Shown one piece after another: positions 1-13,705 of a stretch of 64,000 bases of DNA. The stretch's first letter is position 1; every line of letters begins with the position of its first letter. Source of the DNA: Isurus oxyrinchus (Eukaryota); assembly GCA_026770705.1 (NCBI GenBank), contig JANJGN010000007.1, forward strand, positions 109,678,001 through 109,742,000. Reading direction: 5' to 3'. The notes below the pieces were generated by a model, which made no database searches, was not told where the DNA came from, and saw nothing but the letters and a program-made list of their open reading frames with translations. The translations under genes and the position numbers were made by a program.

Positions 1-1235
1 TAGTGTATTTAGACTTTCGAAAAGCATTCAACAAGGTGCTGCACAGGAGGTTATTAAACAAAATTAGGACTCATAGGATTTGTGGTAATATAATAGCATA
101 GTTGGAGAGAAACCAAAAAGAGTAGGACATTTTTGGTTTGACAGGCTGCAGTTAGCAGGGTACCACAAGGATCAATACTTGGACCTCAGCTTTTTACAAT
201 CTATATTGGTAACTTAGATAAGGGGACTGAGTGCAATGTAGCCAAATTTGCTTGTGATACAAAGTTAGATGGAGAAGTAAGCCACGAGGAGAATGTAAAA
301 AGGCTCAGAGAAACATAGACAAGTTGGGTGAGTGGACAAGAGCAAGGCAGATGAAACATAAATATGGTGAAGGTGAAGTTGCACACCTTGGTAAAAAAAA
401 GAAAAGCAGAATAGTTTTTTGAATGGTGAGAGGCTGGGAAGATGTTTCATTTCAGGGGGACCTGGGTGTTCTTGTACAAGAATCACAAAGTTAACACACG
501 AGTGCAGCAAGCAATTAGGAAGGCCAATGATGTGTTAAGTTTTGTGGCAAAGGGACTAGAGCATAATAGTAAAATAAGTCTTACTACAATTATACAGGGC
601 ATTGGTGAGACCACACCTGGAGTATTGTGTGCCGTTTTGGTGCCTATACTTAAAGAAGGAGCTACTTGCCCTGGAGGGAGTGCCACAGGGGTTCAGAAAA
701 AGATGAGGGAATTGTCCAATGAGGAGAGGCTGAGTAGGCTTGCCCAATGTTTCCTAGAGTTTAGAAAAATGTGAGTTGATCTAACTGAAACCTGTAAAAT
801 AATTTCAAAAGAGGCTTGATAGAGTAGAAGGAGTTTCCCCTGCCTGGGGAATCTAGATCAAGGGGTGGCAGTCTTAAAATAAAGATCGACCATTTTAAGA
901 CTGAAATGGGGAGAAATTTCTTCACTCAAAGGATTATGAATCTTTGGAATTATCTACCCCAGAGGGCGGTGGACGCTCAGTCATTGATTATATTAATACA
1001 GGGATCAATAGATTGGGTACTTGGGGAATGAAGGGATATCGGGACCGGGACGGAAGGGATATCGGGACCGGGACGGAAGGGATATTGGGACCGGGACGGA
1101 AAGGATATTGAGACAGGAATGGAAGGGATATTGGAACAGTGCGTGAAGTTGGCGTAAAATGTCAGTCAAGATCTAGCTGAAAGGCGATGCAGGCTGGAAG
1201 GGTCAAATAGCCTCCCCCAGCTACTACTTCTTACC
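1..1235 (+). mobile_element. CR1 LINE, degenerate 3' part (RT C-terminus and 3' UTR)
   Basis: YLDFRKAFNKV, QGSILGPQLF, KFACDTKL, RPHLEYC remnants with frameshifts. Confidence 0.9.
1030..1144 (+). repeat. 23-bp minisatellite, 5 copies (GAAGGGATATCGGGACCGGGACG)
   Basis: Head-to-tail units start at 1030, 1053, 1076, 1099 and 1122. Confidence 0.92.
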
Positions 1236-2175
1236 TTATCTTAGGTTCTTAACAACGACCAGATAAGCCATTCGTAAACTCCATTTTCCAGTATATCTAT
1301 GCTGTAAATAATTTGCATTTAGCAATTTGAAGCAATAACTAAACAATAGCTTGGTGCTGTGGGCTAAAGGCGAGTCGTTGGGTAGAAACTGAAGTTGTCA
1401 TTCTCTATCTTTCCTGTTTTATCGTAAATTCAAAACATCTGGAATGTTGAAGAAAACGACTAGATAAAAGACGTTGCACTCTGCATTTACGACGGCAGGT
1501 AGATGAAGAGCCATCTAACTTCAGGCTAGTGACAGCATTTTTAAACTACACCAAACATTCCAATTTACAATGGAATTCAGAAATGCTGGTTGTTAGCTCA
1601 GGTCATAAATTCTAAGGGACAATGTGCATCACAAATTAAATCCCAAGGCTAATCTCTGTTCAAACGACAAATAAAGATTCATCTCAGAATCAGACCTTGA
1701 ATTTTCTTACCCAGTTATTAGTTGGCGCATCTATTCATTCATGCGCATCAAGGTTGAAGTGAACGGTTGGGTTTAAACCCACTGAATTGTCTGTGAACAA
1801 CTTGGCAAGAACATACATTTGACACGGAGTTGAATAAGTTTTAACATTTAAATACTATTACTTTACAGGGATAGAAGAGTTTGTTATCTAGATTTGGGAT
1901 TAATCTAATGGGTATTTCACTCGGACCAGAGGAAGAGCCAGCGGGCCAGATGTGGCAGACGAGTCCTTGTAACACTCTCTCCATGGGGAGATGTGTCCTG
2001 TTGAAGATCGCTCCTGAAAGAACAGCCACAGAACTAACACGCCATCTAATAATTTTTATAACTTCATTTAGGGACACATTTCTCTCATGTGTAGTCCTCG
2101 AATTTCGGTGTTTGCTAATCTGATTCTGTACGTGTGGCCCGTGAGTTTAAAACAAATTGGCCAGTTAATACAGGG

Positions 2176-2266
2176 TAAAAGCAAAATACTACAGATGCTG
2201 GAAATCTGAAACAAAAAACAGAAAATGCTGGAAAAACTCAAGTCTAGTAGCATTTGTGGAGAGAGT
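2176..2266 (-). mobile_element. Penelope-like terminal repeat fragment
   Basis: gatgctggaaatctgaaacaaaaaacagaaaatgctggaaaaactc, similar to the pLTR ends at 20500-20560 and 44350-44430. Confidence 0.75.
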
Positions 2267-3221
2267 TGCAGTTTGTTCTAATAGTTCGCAACAATACTTT
2301 AGATCGACTGGGAGTGATTTTGGCAATAACGCTAAACGAGTGATATCAATGGGAATAAAACACTGGGGAGATGTAACATGTGCTTGTCAATTCGCTATCA
2401 ACCCTCTTTGTTCAGTAATGTACCTATGAATTTTTGCCTGTTGTGTAGGCCAATTCAGGCAACAACAAAACAATGTGAAGTTCCTCTCCAAATCGATCAA
2501 AACCAAGTTTTGGGAGATAACAATGAACAGGAAGTACAATACCCAACATATCGTTTCACATGTTATAGTCTCTCAGCACAGTCTCAATTTGAAGCAGAGG
2601 GGTTTTCCATTAAAGTTATAATAAAAAAGAGGAAATAAATCGTACAATAGTTTTAAGAATGGGCTTTAACTTTTAAGTATGCTCTCTAACCTGCACAAGT
2701 TGATGGGGTAAATATGGTATCATCTTAATTATAAGGATCACTTGTAAAATTAATTTGTGCAATTATAACTCAACTCCTACTTCAAAGCAAAAACTGCCCA
2801 AAATTTGTCCCTAGTGGAATTTAGCCACACTAACTGACTAAGGTTGCTGCATCATGGCATAAAATGGTGCCCTAAGAGAAATGAATCTTAATCACAAGTT
2901 ACGTACAATTAAAAAAATTAGCTGGCCCATCTTTGCTTAACCATCCAAAAAGATACTATGATCCTCCAATCAAATCAACCAACTGCTTCTTAAATTAATC
3001 TAACGTTTCAGCATATATTATCCATACCATTTTTTATGTGAAGAATTTCCTAACATCAAAAAGTGTGCATGTTTACACCACTTTAGCATCCTCAAGGCAT
3101 CTCAAAACATTTTATAATTAGTTCCTTTTTGAAGTGTATTTACTGTTGTCTTACAAACAGTAAATTACTACATAATCTATCTTCGGTGATTTTGGTTGGC
3201 AGAGAGATAAATGTTTTTTGT

Positions 3222-3566
3222 TTGTGGGACATGGGTGTCGCTGGCTCGGCCAGCCTTTATTGCCCATCCCTAATTGACCTTGTTCAGAGGGCATTTGAGA
3301 GTCAACCACATTGCTGTGGGTCTGGAGTCACATGTAGGCCATATCAGGTAAGGACAGATTTTTTTCCCCTAAAGGACATTTGTGAACCAGATGGGTTTTT
3401 ATGACAATCGACAATGGTTTCATGGTCATCATTAGACTTTTAATTCCAGATTTTTCATGGAATTCAAATTCCACTATCTGTCATGGATGGGATTTGAACC
3501 CGGGTCCCCAGAGCATTACCCTGGGTCTCTGGATAACTAGTCCAGTGACAATACCACTATGCCACC
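3222..3566 (-). mobile_element. tRNA-derived SINE, inserted into an older DeuSINE-like copy (about 3070-3690)
   Basis: A box TGGCATAGTGG, B box GGTTCAAATCC; 3' tail shared with LINE ends at 12843, 22070 and 39270. Confidence 0.8.
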
Positions 3567-3699
3567 AAATGTTGGCAACGACATCTGGAAAACACCCCCA
3601 TTCCATCTTTAACTTTTTGAATAGTGCACTGGGATTCTTTATGTCTACCTGAAGAGGTGGATGAAGTTTCATTTTTAATGTCTCATCCAAAAGTCAGCG

Positions 3700-5120
3700 G
3701 CTGCAAAATTCGGCTCTAAAAAGTCTGCTTTTTTCAGCGCTACAGGTGCCCTTTTGGTCACATCACATGTGTGCACATCCAGCGCAGCCCCTGTCCGTTT
3801 TGGCATTAGCATTAGCGCAGACTTTCAGATCATGCACCAGAAGCAGAGTACGCAGGTCCTAACATCAATCAGCGTGTAACATCATCTTTGACCTCAAAGC
3901 GCCATCTAATGCCCACTCTTACAATGGAATGTATTTAGCAATAGGAAAGACCCCCTACCAGCACTCTTTAAAGGAGTTATCACCTATTTTCAGGTTAGTT
4001 ATTGATCAATTTCTGCAGGTTGCTACTGAGTTTGTAGTAGTTTTTGGTGGTTTGTAGTGTTGCTTAAAGTTGGTGAGGTCTACAGAGAGTGGTGTGGCAC
4101 AGGGTGAAGGCCTTGATTCTCACTTCAAGGGTTCTGTTCAGATGACTTGCTCCCAACATGACAGGGAGAATAAGCAGAAATGACAGAGGAGAACAAGCTG
4201 CTCAAAGAAACAGGAGTAGGAGAAGTGCTCAACACCTGGAGTCTTCAGAGAATACTTCTCTTATCTCAACCTCACTGAAGGATAGTGTGTGCAATGTCTC
4301 AATTTTACGAAGGAGGTGCTCACTGAATCAGTTGCATTGTTCAGGCAGACTTGAAACCTCAAAGTGGGCAATGAAGGTGCTACCAGTGGCTTTGAAGGTG
4401 GCCATGGCATCAGGATTTGTCCAGGCTAGAGCAAGTGATATCTCTAACGTGTCCCAGTTTACCCTACAATGCTGCATGAGGGAGGTAACTTACATTCTTT
4501 ATGCCAGAAGAAGGGAGTAGATAGCATTCTTTTGGGCCAATGAGAAGCAAGTGGATACTTGGGCCACCACATCAAACTAGAGGGTAACTAATGGCCGACA
4601 AGGAAAATCCACTGACCACCTGGCTTTAGTTGTGCAACCCAACCACACAGGAACAGTACACATATAAAGAGAGCCAGACTGCCATAGAACCATCATTGAA
4701 TAGACCACTCATGAAATGCTTCTACTGCCTCCAAGCCCCTACACCACTCCTAAGGAACCCTGCAGTACTTGTCAGAACATATCATGATCTGTGGTGGTCT
4801 GCAGTATCCTGCACAACCTTGCCATCATGAGTGCACAACTCTTGCCACCAGGTTTCAGGCAAGTGACTGAGGAAGAAGAAGAGCAGGATGAAGGGAGGAG
4901 GTGACCAATATACTTCTTTTCCAATCAGGCCACGAACGATCACCTCGCACTGTAGCACCAGTGAATGCAATCCAAAATTCAACATTCCACAATCATCCAC
5001 ACCCTATCTTCCCTGTCATCGACACAATGCCTCTTGGCCACAATACAGAAATAAAAGCTACTGCAACACCACCATTCCAAACCCCAACTTTATCCAACAA
5101 GCCATCCAATGTTCCAAACA
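3700..5120 (+). mobile_element. Degenerate PIF/Harbinger transposon remnant
   Basis: LPVALKVAMASG...DISNVSQFTLQCCMREVTYILYARR resembles the Harbinger transposase HTH region also seen at 38800-38950. Confidence 0.6.
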
Positions 5121-5845
5121 AAGTCAACAAATTATCTTATGCATTATCTTAGTCTAATACATGTTCAGAAATTACTAGCTGAGGATGATCTCCCACTTCT
5201 CTGTTCCCTGCTTTCTCACTTGCCTCTTGGACATTTATTTTCAGGTATAATCCACTGCTTTCTTCCCAAATACTGTGTGGAACAGAGCCAATTATTCTCC
5301 CAGCACAAAGATCAAAAGATCCAGTAACTCAAATTTACAAAACTTAGTACAAAGTTAGGCTGCTCCTGGACACATTGAGAATCCTTGATAGCTCACATGT
5401 CATCCTCCAAACTTATCATGAGATACTCAACAACCACAATCTCTCTGTTGCTAACTAAACTCAAAATGTAAACAGCATCGGTTTGAATTCCCCTTAACAC
5501 AAACCCCAAAAGCAAATTCTGTTCATTCCTTTTGCCCAAGTATTAATTATAGAAAAAAAAGTCTCATCAACTTTGTCTTGGCCTGCAGCTTTAGGTCAAT
5601 GGCCTTTTCAGCATGAACTTCTGGACTGGGAAAAATGTCCTCCCTTAAATCACGCAATTTTCTCTTTTATTAAATAACTTTTATTGATTGGTGGAAATGA
5701 GTGGATAGGAGAAAGTCATACAATAATGGACCACTTGCCTTCCTTCATCTTCCACTCTGAATGGTCCCTTATGCAAATGAGCAATTGTTAGGGCAAAATG
5801 CCTACATTTGCCAGTTTTCACTTCTGTTCAACACTGGAAATAAGG

Positions 5846-6240
5846 ACCAGAATTTTCTGTTTGGCGTGCAGGGCCCGCACGTAAAATGACACGCGGCGAT
5901 GTCGGGCGTGCGTCCAATTTTTCGTTCGGCGGGCACACACCGGAGTCGGTTGCGCACCCACTAACCTGTCAAAGGCCTGTTAAGGCCATTAATAAACTAA
6001 TTAATGTCATTGTCAGGGCTGCTCGTCCAATCTTAAAGTTGGCAGGCAGGCAAAGAGCCCAGGCGGCCTTCGTATTCATTCACGGGAGGGATGAGGTTTC
6101 ATGAAGGTTTTATTAATTAAATAAAATTTATCAAAATTCATAAACATGTCCCAGCTCATGTGACACTGTCACATGAGGGGACATGTCTGAATAATTTTCT
6201 TTTTTCTTTTTTCCCAACTTTACAACTGCACTTAATCTCC
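5846..6240. mobile_element. Non-autonomous DNA transposon end (Harbinger-like)
   Basis: Starts GGACCAGAATTTT, like the left end at 38132; GC/CpG-rich subterminal region. Confidence 0.5.
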
Positions 6241-7100
6241 GTCCTGTATCACTGCAGCAAGACTTTCTTACTCTTATACTCCAACCCCCTTACAATAAAA
6301 GCTAACATGCTTCTTGTATGTTACCTCCTTACCTCAATCCTTACCAACCTCATTCTCTGCTCAGAACATTGCTGCCTGAAATACTGTGTTCTATATCGAC
6401 CTAGTTTCCACAGCATATAGTTAGATAATCTATTAAATACGTTACTCTAATGGATGCAAGTGAGGAATGAGTGAAATACTTTTTCTATTCAGCAACAAGC
6501 ATCCTCGGACAGGCAATTTCTCTTCTGTGGCATGGTTTGATGCAGACAATTTATCTGAATTCCCAATATCAGAACAACAGTTCCTCTTGCTTATACTTAC
6601 TTATATTTTCCACATCAATTATCTTTCCTGCAATTTCACGCTAATGAATGCCTAATATTGGATGTAGAATAAATCAAAGAAGCAGTTGTTGCCTGGACTA
6701 CTCACATCACTTCCTGTAGCCCACTTCTAAGCAAAATTGGCAGAGGACTAGCAATAGGTCACCTACTCACTGTCTCAGCCAAGGACTGGTACATAGCAAA
6801 AATTCGGAGATAGAGAGAAAACAATATAAATTGGAAGGCACACCAACAGAAAATACATCAAAAAAATCATAAGATTACATCATTACAAAAGTAAAGAAAC
6901 ATTAAAAGGAGCATCACTACACCTGCTGCAAAAGGCAATAACCTTACTGCCACGTTGAGTCTATGAAATGCTTGAAATTTAGAGGCCACCACCATGAGAA
7001 ACTTACAACATACAAGCAAGACAGATGATTGTGAAGAGAGGCCAAATGCAAAGAGATAAAAGAAATTAAAGGTTTGATTTGCAATTATTGCATAAATGTT

Positions 7101-7106
7101 TTTAAT
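7101..7106 (-). terminator. Candidate OGFOD1 polyadenylation signal ATTAAA
   Basis: About 300 nt after the stop, followed on the minus strand by a U-rich tract; more distal AATAAA candidates at 5666-5671 and 5680-5685. Confidence 0.4.
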
Positions 7107-7402
7107 TCAAAAAACTAAAATATTTTGATTACTATTTATAGCAGACTGTTATGGCAATTGAGACTTTAACACCAACCTCTTCCAGGCCAAATAAGTCTTT
7201 CTTCAAACATACAAACATCTGGCAAACCCAATAACAGCCCAGGCTAAGTACAGTGGTGATCTAACTGCCACAATCGTATATCAGATCTTAGAAGTGCACA
7301 TACTACAAAAGCCTCTTCATCAGTAAAAGCATGTCATTCGGCATTTTGATGTTTTATCCCACATCAGGTGCAAAGATCTAGTTACAGAAGGCAGATGTGC
7401 CA

Positions 7403-7564
7403 TCACTCATAATACACAAAGGAAAAGTCCCAGAACCCATTTCTCTCATGCGTCTTCTTATACTGACTGATGCTTCGCTGGTTAATGTGTTTCACAAACT
7501 TCAGTGTTTCTTTATCTCGGTAGATCAAGGCCAAGGAGTTGTCTTCTGGGCAAAGGGTAAGTAA
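7403..7564 (-). CDS. OGFOD1: OGFOD1 exon 13 (last coding exon, 162 nt including TGA)
   Basis: catttcag|[53 protein letters not shown]; characteristic OGFOD1 C-terminus. Confidence 0.96.
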   Translation of the reverse strand, partial: LLTLCPEDNSLALIYRDKETLKFVKHINQRSISQYKKTHERNGFWDFSFVYYE

Positions 7565-8697
7565 CTGAAATGCAACACAAGCTGTTAAAAACGTTTTTAA
7601 TATAATGAGTTAACACTTCATTTCTTCTTATCCTCCTCTCCTAAACTCCATACTTACACTTTGTCTTTGGTCAAGATGGGAGGCATATGACAACTCCCAG
7701 GCTTCGGGTGTTTTGCTGAGAGTTAATACCTTGCTGGTATGTAAACTGAGGACATCCTGGGTGATTCACTATCTACATTTTGCTCCGTTCTCTTATTGGA
7801 GTACTAGACCTTCATTTAGTATCTCCTCAGGGTGACATGGTCCCTGTCTCAATGAGTTGGCTAATGCTTCAATGTATGGAATCTATGGAATCTTTCCACA
7901 CCACTGCAGGCACCAATTAGGGATTTGGTGCATTTAAGGGCACCACCCTTCCTCCCCCAAAGTTTATTGTACCATTAATATTGCAAAACATTTCAGGATC
8001 TTCATGCAAGTCCAAATTCTCCACTTGGGAAGAATGGGTATGTTGCTAGTGGTCACTGTCAGTACAATTCACTGATTGCTGCCTTGCAAACCCAAACTCA
8101 AATGGGGAAATTGGCAGCTTTAATCTGCCAATATGCAGAATTCCATGGCTGCACATAAGTTTGTTTTTGGAATGCCTGCTGTTATTGGATGAGGCTCATT
8201 AAAATGAATTAAGTAAATTACAATGTTGGGCATTTCTGCACATCAAAATCATAAGTTTCTGACTGAAAGTAAGTGGTATTCCACTTGGGTTACCAGACTG
8301 CTTGAGATTATTAATTTATTGTCTATTACAATCTAACATAAGAGCAGAGAAAGATGAGAAAAGAACACATGGCCCTTAAAGATCATACTTCTGGGGTTCC
8401 AAATCACCCAAGTTAGCATTCAACTGCATTTTGAATGTCTCAATGTCTTTACGGTCATTGTATGGCAAATTATTCTAAATATTTATCATTTTTTGATCAA
8501 GGCTTTTTCTTCCTACCTGCTTTAAATTTACTTTTTACTCATTTAAAATGACACTGTCTGATCCCACTGCCCTGACTTACCTTGGACTAGCATTATGGGT
8601 TTCTTTAGCATTCAACACTTCATATATCCTCATTGAGGTCACCACTTAACCTTCTTCAAGTTGCACCTGACACTTGGAGGTACTCCAGGCAGGCACG

Positions 8698-9030
8698 TCA
8701 GTGCAATACTGAAGGACTGCTATATCATCGGAGGGGCTGTCTTTCCGATGTGCCCAAGTACCTTCTCAGATAGGCGTTAAAGATTCCATTGCATGATTTT
8801 GAAAAACATCAAGGGATTTCTCCCTGGTGTCCCAGTCAATATTTATCCCTCAACCAAAGTTGCCAAATCTGATTTCTGGCTATTATCACTGCTGTTTGAG
8901 GGAGTTTCTGTGTACAAATTGACTGCCGAATTTCCTACAACTACCTTTAAAAATTACTTCATTGCCTGTAAAGTGCTTTAGCGTGTCCAGAGGTCATGAA
9001 AAGTGCTATATAAATGCATGTTCTTTTTTC
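8698..9030 (+). mobile_element. DeuSINE-like SINE (SacSINE1-type)
   Basis: Deu-domain-like cagtgcaatactga...tttatccctcaacc...aaagtgctatataaatgca; related copies at 17905-18096 + 20576-20760, 42520-42735 and 60540-60990 (all minus). Confidence 0.7.
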
Positions 9031-9073
9031 TTCTTTCTTCACTGAATTGCACCTGAATTAGCTTAAAGCATAC

Positions 9074-9132
9074 CTCTTCATCTTCTCCCTTAGCAATATA
9101 TGAAGTAACACCACCAAATTCATCATTCCAGC
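9074..9132 (-). CDS. OGFOD1: OGFOD1 exon 12 (59 nt)
   Basis: gtttcag|GWNDEFGGVTSYIAKGEDEE|gtatgc. Confidence 0.95.
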
Positions 9133-9389
9133 CTGAAACAGAGGAAAAGATACATATTGACATTCCTAATCAACTCCCTTTCTGATGACTTCTGATGCCA
9201 TATTTTCCTCCTCCATACAATAGCAGTCAACCATTGGGATTTCAAACAGCTGCATCCCATGATTATTAGACAGGATACTAGTTTCACAAAGACAAGGCAG
9301 GCTCTTGAGAATTATTCACCCCTCCTTATAATAGACTGTTCTCCATTACTAACCACAGCACAACTATGCAAATCATCCACTTAATGCAG

Positions 9390-10078
9390 TGGCAGTCAAT
9401 TTAAATCTAATGCAAAACAGTTTCCTGGAACAATATATTGTGGAACCAACTAGGGATAAAGTTATTTTAGATCTAGTATTGTGTAATAAAGCAGGCTTAA
9501 TTAGTAATCTCACAGGAAAAGATCCTCTGGAAAAAAGTGATCATAATAAAATTGAATGCATATTAGGTTTGAAAGTTCCATTCTCCAGTTCCAAACAAGA
9601 ATCTTAAATTTAAACAAAGTCAAATTCATAAAAATGAGGGGAGTAAGGTTGATTGAGTAAATAGATTAAAAGGTATAGCGGCAAATAAACAGTGGAAAAT
9701 ATTTAAAGAAACAACTATAAACATTCAACAAAAATACATTCCATAAAAAACAAAAACACAGCAAGAAAGATCCATCCGCAACATACTAAAGAAGTGAAGG
9801 ATAATATCAGGTTTAAAGGAAAAGCTTATAAAATTGCAAAGAATAGTAATAAACCTAAGGACTGGAGTATTTTAGAAACCAGCAAAGTTTGACCAAAATG
9901 TTGACAAAACATGGAAAAGTAGAATGAGAGTAAACTATTCATATAAATGCAGGTTCTAAGGGCTTTTATAATGTATACAAAAAGGTGAGTAACTAATGTA
10001 AACGCTGGTCCCTTGGAGGCTGAGGCAGGAAAAATCATGGGGAATGAGAAAATGGCAGAGGTGTTGAACAAATATTTT
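9390..10078 (+). mobile_element. CR1 LINE ORF2 internal fragment
   Basis: FLEQYIVEPTRDKVILDLVLCN...SDHN (end of the APE endonuclease). Confidence 0.85.
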
Positions 10079-10780
10079 GGGCATGATTTTTCAACAGCAC
10101 CCTGACATCTAAAACATTTCTGAGTCTGAACTACATTCTGACAATGAAGCAGTCCAGAGTCCCAGTATTCCCCAAAGTTGGCTCTAATTGGCTAGAGGAT
10201 GGGTTTAGTGGCCAATTAGTGGTGGCGGCAGAAGGAGGCAGGAGATTAAAATGCAGACCCGACTTAAAGGCATGACAGCAGCCATCACTGTGGCAGCTCA
10301 ATGGAAGGCTGAAGTCAGCAGGAGGAGAGGTAGAGGCCTGGCACTCGTGGCAGGGCTGTCCCAGAGTTTTGCAATACTGCCCTGGAGATCATGCTGAAAG
10401 CTGTACACAAAAGGCGAGGCTTCTTCTTCCTGGAGGGGAGGAGGAGAAGGCCAAATCAAGCATGCCTTCTGGAGGTGGCAGAAGACATGACCAGCCGCAG
10501 TGTCATCAGGAAGACCTGGGTGCAATATCACAAGAGATTTTATGATCTTCTTTGTCCTGACCAAGTGAGTGCAGCTTGACACCCAGTTGACGCCTCCAGG
10601 TCTGCAACCACCAGCAGACATGCCCACAGAAGAGCCTGAGGACACATGCTGCTGAACATGGGAGAAATGTATGTCCATGGTAATTTCTATTCCCATTTTG
10701 TTTCCTTTCACTTGGCAGGTTTTGGTTTTACTCTCATTTTTCTTTACCTTTTGCACACCAGCTGTTCATCATTCACACCT
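10079..10780 (+). mobile_element. Harbinger remnant with Myb/SANT-like exon
   Basis: LEVAEDMTSRSVIRKTWVQYHKRFYDL followed by a gtgagt donor; trihelix/MADF-like. Confidence 0.6.
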
Positions 10781-10904
10781 CCGCCAGACACATCTTTTGT
10801 TTTTTAACATGTCACATTGCTGTTCTCTACCACTCAGAACTTCCTGACCACACTGCAGCTGCTCACATGTTCTGCCACCTCCATCCAAACCTGCACAGTT
10901 TGGC

Positions 10905-11176
10905 CGAGTAGCCCTGCACTAGCAACTCTTTTGTCATTTAATCTCTCCTGCCTTCCAGCCTTATCACAGACTTTCCTTTTTGTTCTTTTTCCACCTTTTC
11001 CCCTTTCACCCATTTAAAACCTGTTACATTTCTAATCTTTCCCAGTTTAGGTATAAGGTCACTGACCTGAAATGTTAACTGTATCTCTCTCCACAGATGA
11101 AACTGATTTGCTGAATATTTCCTGCCTTTTCTTTTTCTATTTCATATTTTCAGCTTCTGCAGTATTTGGCTTTTGA
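10905..11176 (+). mobile_element. Older Penelope-like terminal repeat
   Basis: aggtcactgacctgaaatgttaact...ctccacagatg...gcagtatttggctttt. Confidence 0.7.
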
Positions 11177-11984
11177 TGTTCTTTCCTAATGAGTTGTACT
11201 TTCACTAATTCTAGAAATCACACAGGTGATGGTAGCCACTTGGCCCATCTTAATTCACCCATCCAATGATGCTAAATTCTTCCTATTTCAGCATTCAATT
11301 CTTTCTTAAAGATCCCAGAGGTTTTCAATTCCACTTCCCTGTGACGTACATTGATCACTTTCCGTGAGGAAGATGTTCCGACATCAGTCCTAAATTTGTG
11401 TCATATTTGTTCTATATTAAGGGGTTAAGATGTTTGTTGCTTTGACATAGAGAACAATAAAGGTTATAATTACATTAAATATACTGCTGGATTGAGTATA
11501 TTCACTTTCCTCTTAACGTTAATATTGTTTTAAAGCCTGAGCCACACAGTCTGCTATTTTCTCCCACCCAGTAGTCAAGGAGCTCATGTAACACATCATC
11601 CATAAGGAGTACATTGATGTGGGCTTTTGGCTCAGCCCAAGTTTCACTATGTTCATTCACATATAGAATATGTACAGACACAACTGATTCATAAAAGATG
11701 CAAAGTTTGCACATGGTAACAACTGGTCTCAACTAAATTCAAATATGCAGGTCAAACCAGAAGAAAATACAACTCTTCAGAACGGATCCACTGAAATATA
11801 ATAAAACCCACATGGATCACCAATACTTAAAGAGTAGTGGAATAGACTTTTGCTCATTCTTTATTTCATTGTATCTCTACTTTTGCCAATTTTATTGCAC
11901 CTCACATTTACAAGAGTTTTCCTCACAACTTCACAAGTGTGTTAAGTAATTCATTTCTGTCGGACTAAAACCATCAGCTCCTAC

Positions 11985-12113
11985 CTTCACATCCAAAGCA
12001 CAACAGCAGGTCCAGAGCAAATTCTGAATTTTCCACATTGGTATCATGAATAAGTGTGTAGTATCCATTTCTCCAGTGTCGTAACTCCCCTCTGCAAACA
12101 GGAACACTAGGAT
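11985..12113 (-). CDS. OGFOD1: OGFOD1 exon 11 (129 nt)
   Basis: atttcag|[42 protein letters not shown]|gtagga. Confidence 0.95.
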
Positions 12114-13394
12114 CTGAAATGAACAAACATGATGAAAGCACCTTCACAGTACCGTCACAGTCTTTAAGATATTGCTTTTGAGCATCTGAAGAACCAAACA
12201 TTGACTTGACCTGGTATTTTTAATTATACGATCGTATCTCCTTTTTTATTTAGTTTTCCTGGAACATTGACCAATTAACACGCAGGTGAGTTGGTCTTTG
12301 TCTCGTGTCAGTGGTACTCACATATACATGAGCGATCTACAGTGACATTTTCCAGCTCAGCGGGGAAGCTCTGGGTTTCTTGTCTCATTCTTCACCTGCA
12401 CGCAACTCCCTCAGTCATATCATGTGGAAGCATGGGCATTGTTTCTAAATTATACCAATAACACTTAACTATGTACCACCAGGGCCAACTCCCAAGATAT
12501 TGCTGTGCCTGCCACAGCAAATCCAAGGGAAATTTCCAGCAGTTCAATATTAAGACAGATGTCACCTTATTTGATTATTGCCAGCATCGGCATACCTCCA
12601 ACTCCATCAACTACCCTGGCTGCAAATTGAGATCAACACCAGTGATACATAATCTCAGTAGTTTGTTCAACCTTTGTTCAGTTTGTTTCCAAGACTGTCT
12701 TGAGAACTACCTATTTATGCCCATACATCACCTCCATTGCTACTAAACACTTCTCCATGTTTTTATCTAGTCATGATCAATTTCTGAAACATTAGGAGCA
12801 ATGTTAAACTAAACTACCGAACAAATTTTTTAAGAATTCTTTGATGGGATGTGAGCATTGCTGGCAAGGCCAGCTTTTATTGCTCATCCCTAATTGCCAT
12901 TGAGAAGATGGTGGTGAGCCACCTTCTTGAATCACTGGAGTCTATCTGTTGTAGGTACATCCACAGTGCTGTTAGGAAGGGAGTTCCAGAACAGGTGTTG
13001 GATGTAACACACTCAGCACTGATTAATATTGGGCAGGACATGGTTACGTCCAATTTCATCAGTTTCCCAAAAGGCAGGTCAGGTTAAAATTTTCCTCAAT
13101 GTCCACAACGGTCCCACCTGCTTCACAAACATCAGTACTCACGGTTTAGTACTACACCGGGACATGCCACAATCCATTTAGGTCACTGGAACAGCTTATC
13201 TGGATCAGCTTAAATTAAACCATCCATTAAAACTCACAGTACTCAATTCTGTGCATGCAGGCATCTAAGAGTAGAGAATTAAGATGATGATTTTACTGGT
13301 CTCATTTCCAAAGTGGCTTCAAATATCAGTTCTGAACCCCTCATAGCAATCATTCACCTGCTAGAGTTTTATAATGGTTTTCAGTGAAACTTAC

Positions 13395-13705
13395 TTTTGG
13401 GCCTCTTTCCTGGCATCCCAACTTCCTTTGGTCCAACCTCATCACCCTCTCTTCTCCCATCATCTTCTGTTGATTCAGATTTGTTTCTTTCTTCAGTGCT
13501 AGAACATGTGTGTTCATGGCCATCAGACTCCTTCACCTCAGCCTCCTGCTCATCTTCAACATCATTATTATCTGAGGTTGCGAGGAAATGCAGTTTTAAG
13601 CCAGTAAAATTGGATAGAAGCAGGAACATGGCCTCAGAACAAAACAGTTTCATACACTTGGCAAGAATATCAGGGAGGCCATCTTCCTCTGCTTGATCAT
13701 AGCAT
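13395..13705 (-). CDS. OGFOD1: OGFOD1 exon 10 (311 nt), includes acidic low-complexity loop
   Basis: ttttatag|[42 protein letters not shown]...acidic...KRPK|gtaagt. Confidence 0.95.

Noticed and set aside
1030-1144. 23-bp repeats as a CRISPR array
   Set aside because: Units are contiguous with no unique spacers, there are no cas genes, and the context is a vertebrate LINE 3' UTR
1841-2123. ORFs and an acceptor-like site near 2015 as a neighbouring gene exon
   Set aside because: No recognisable homology in any frame that I read
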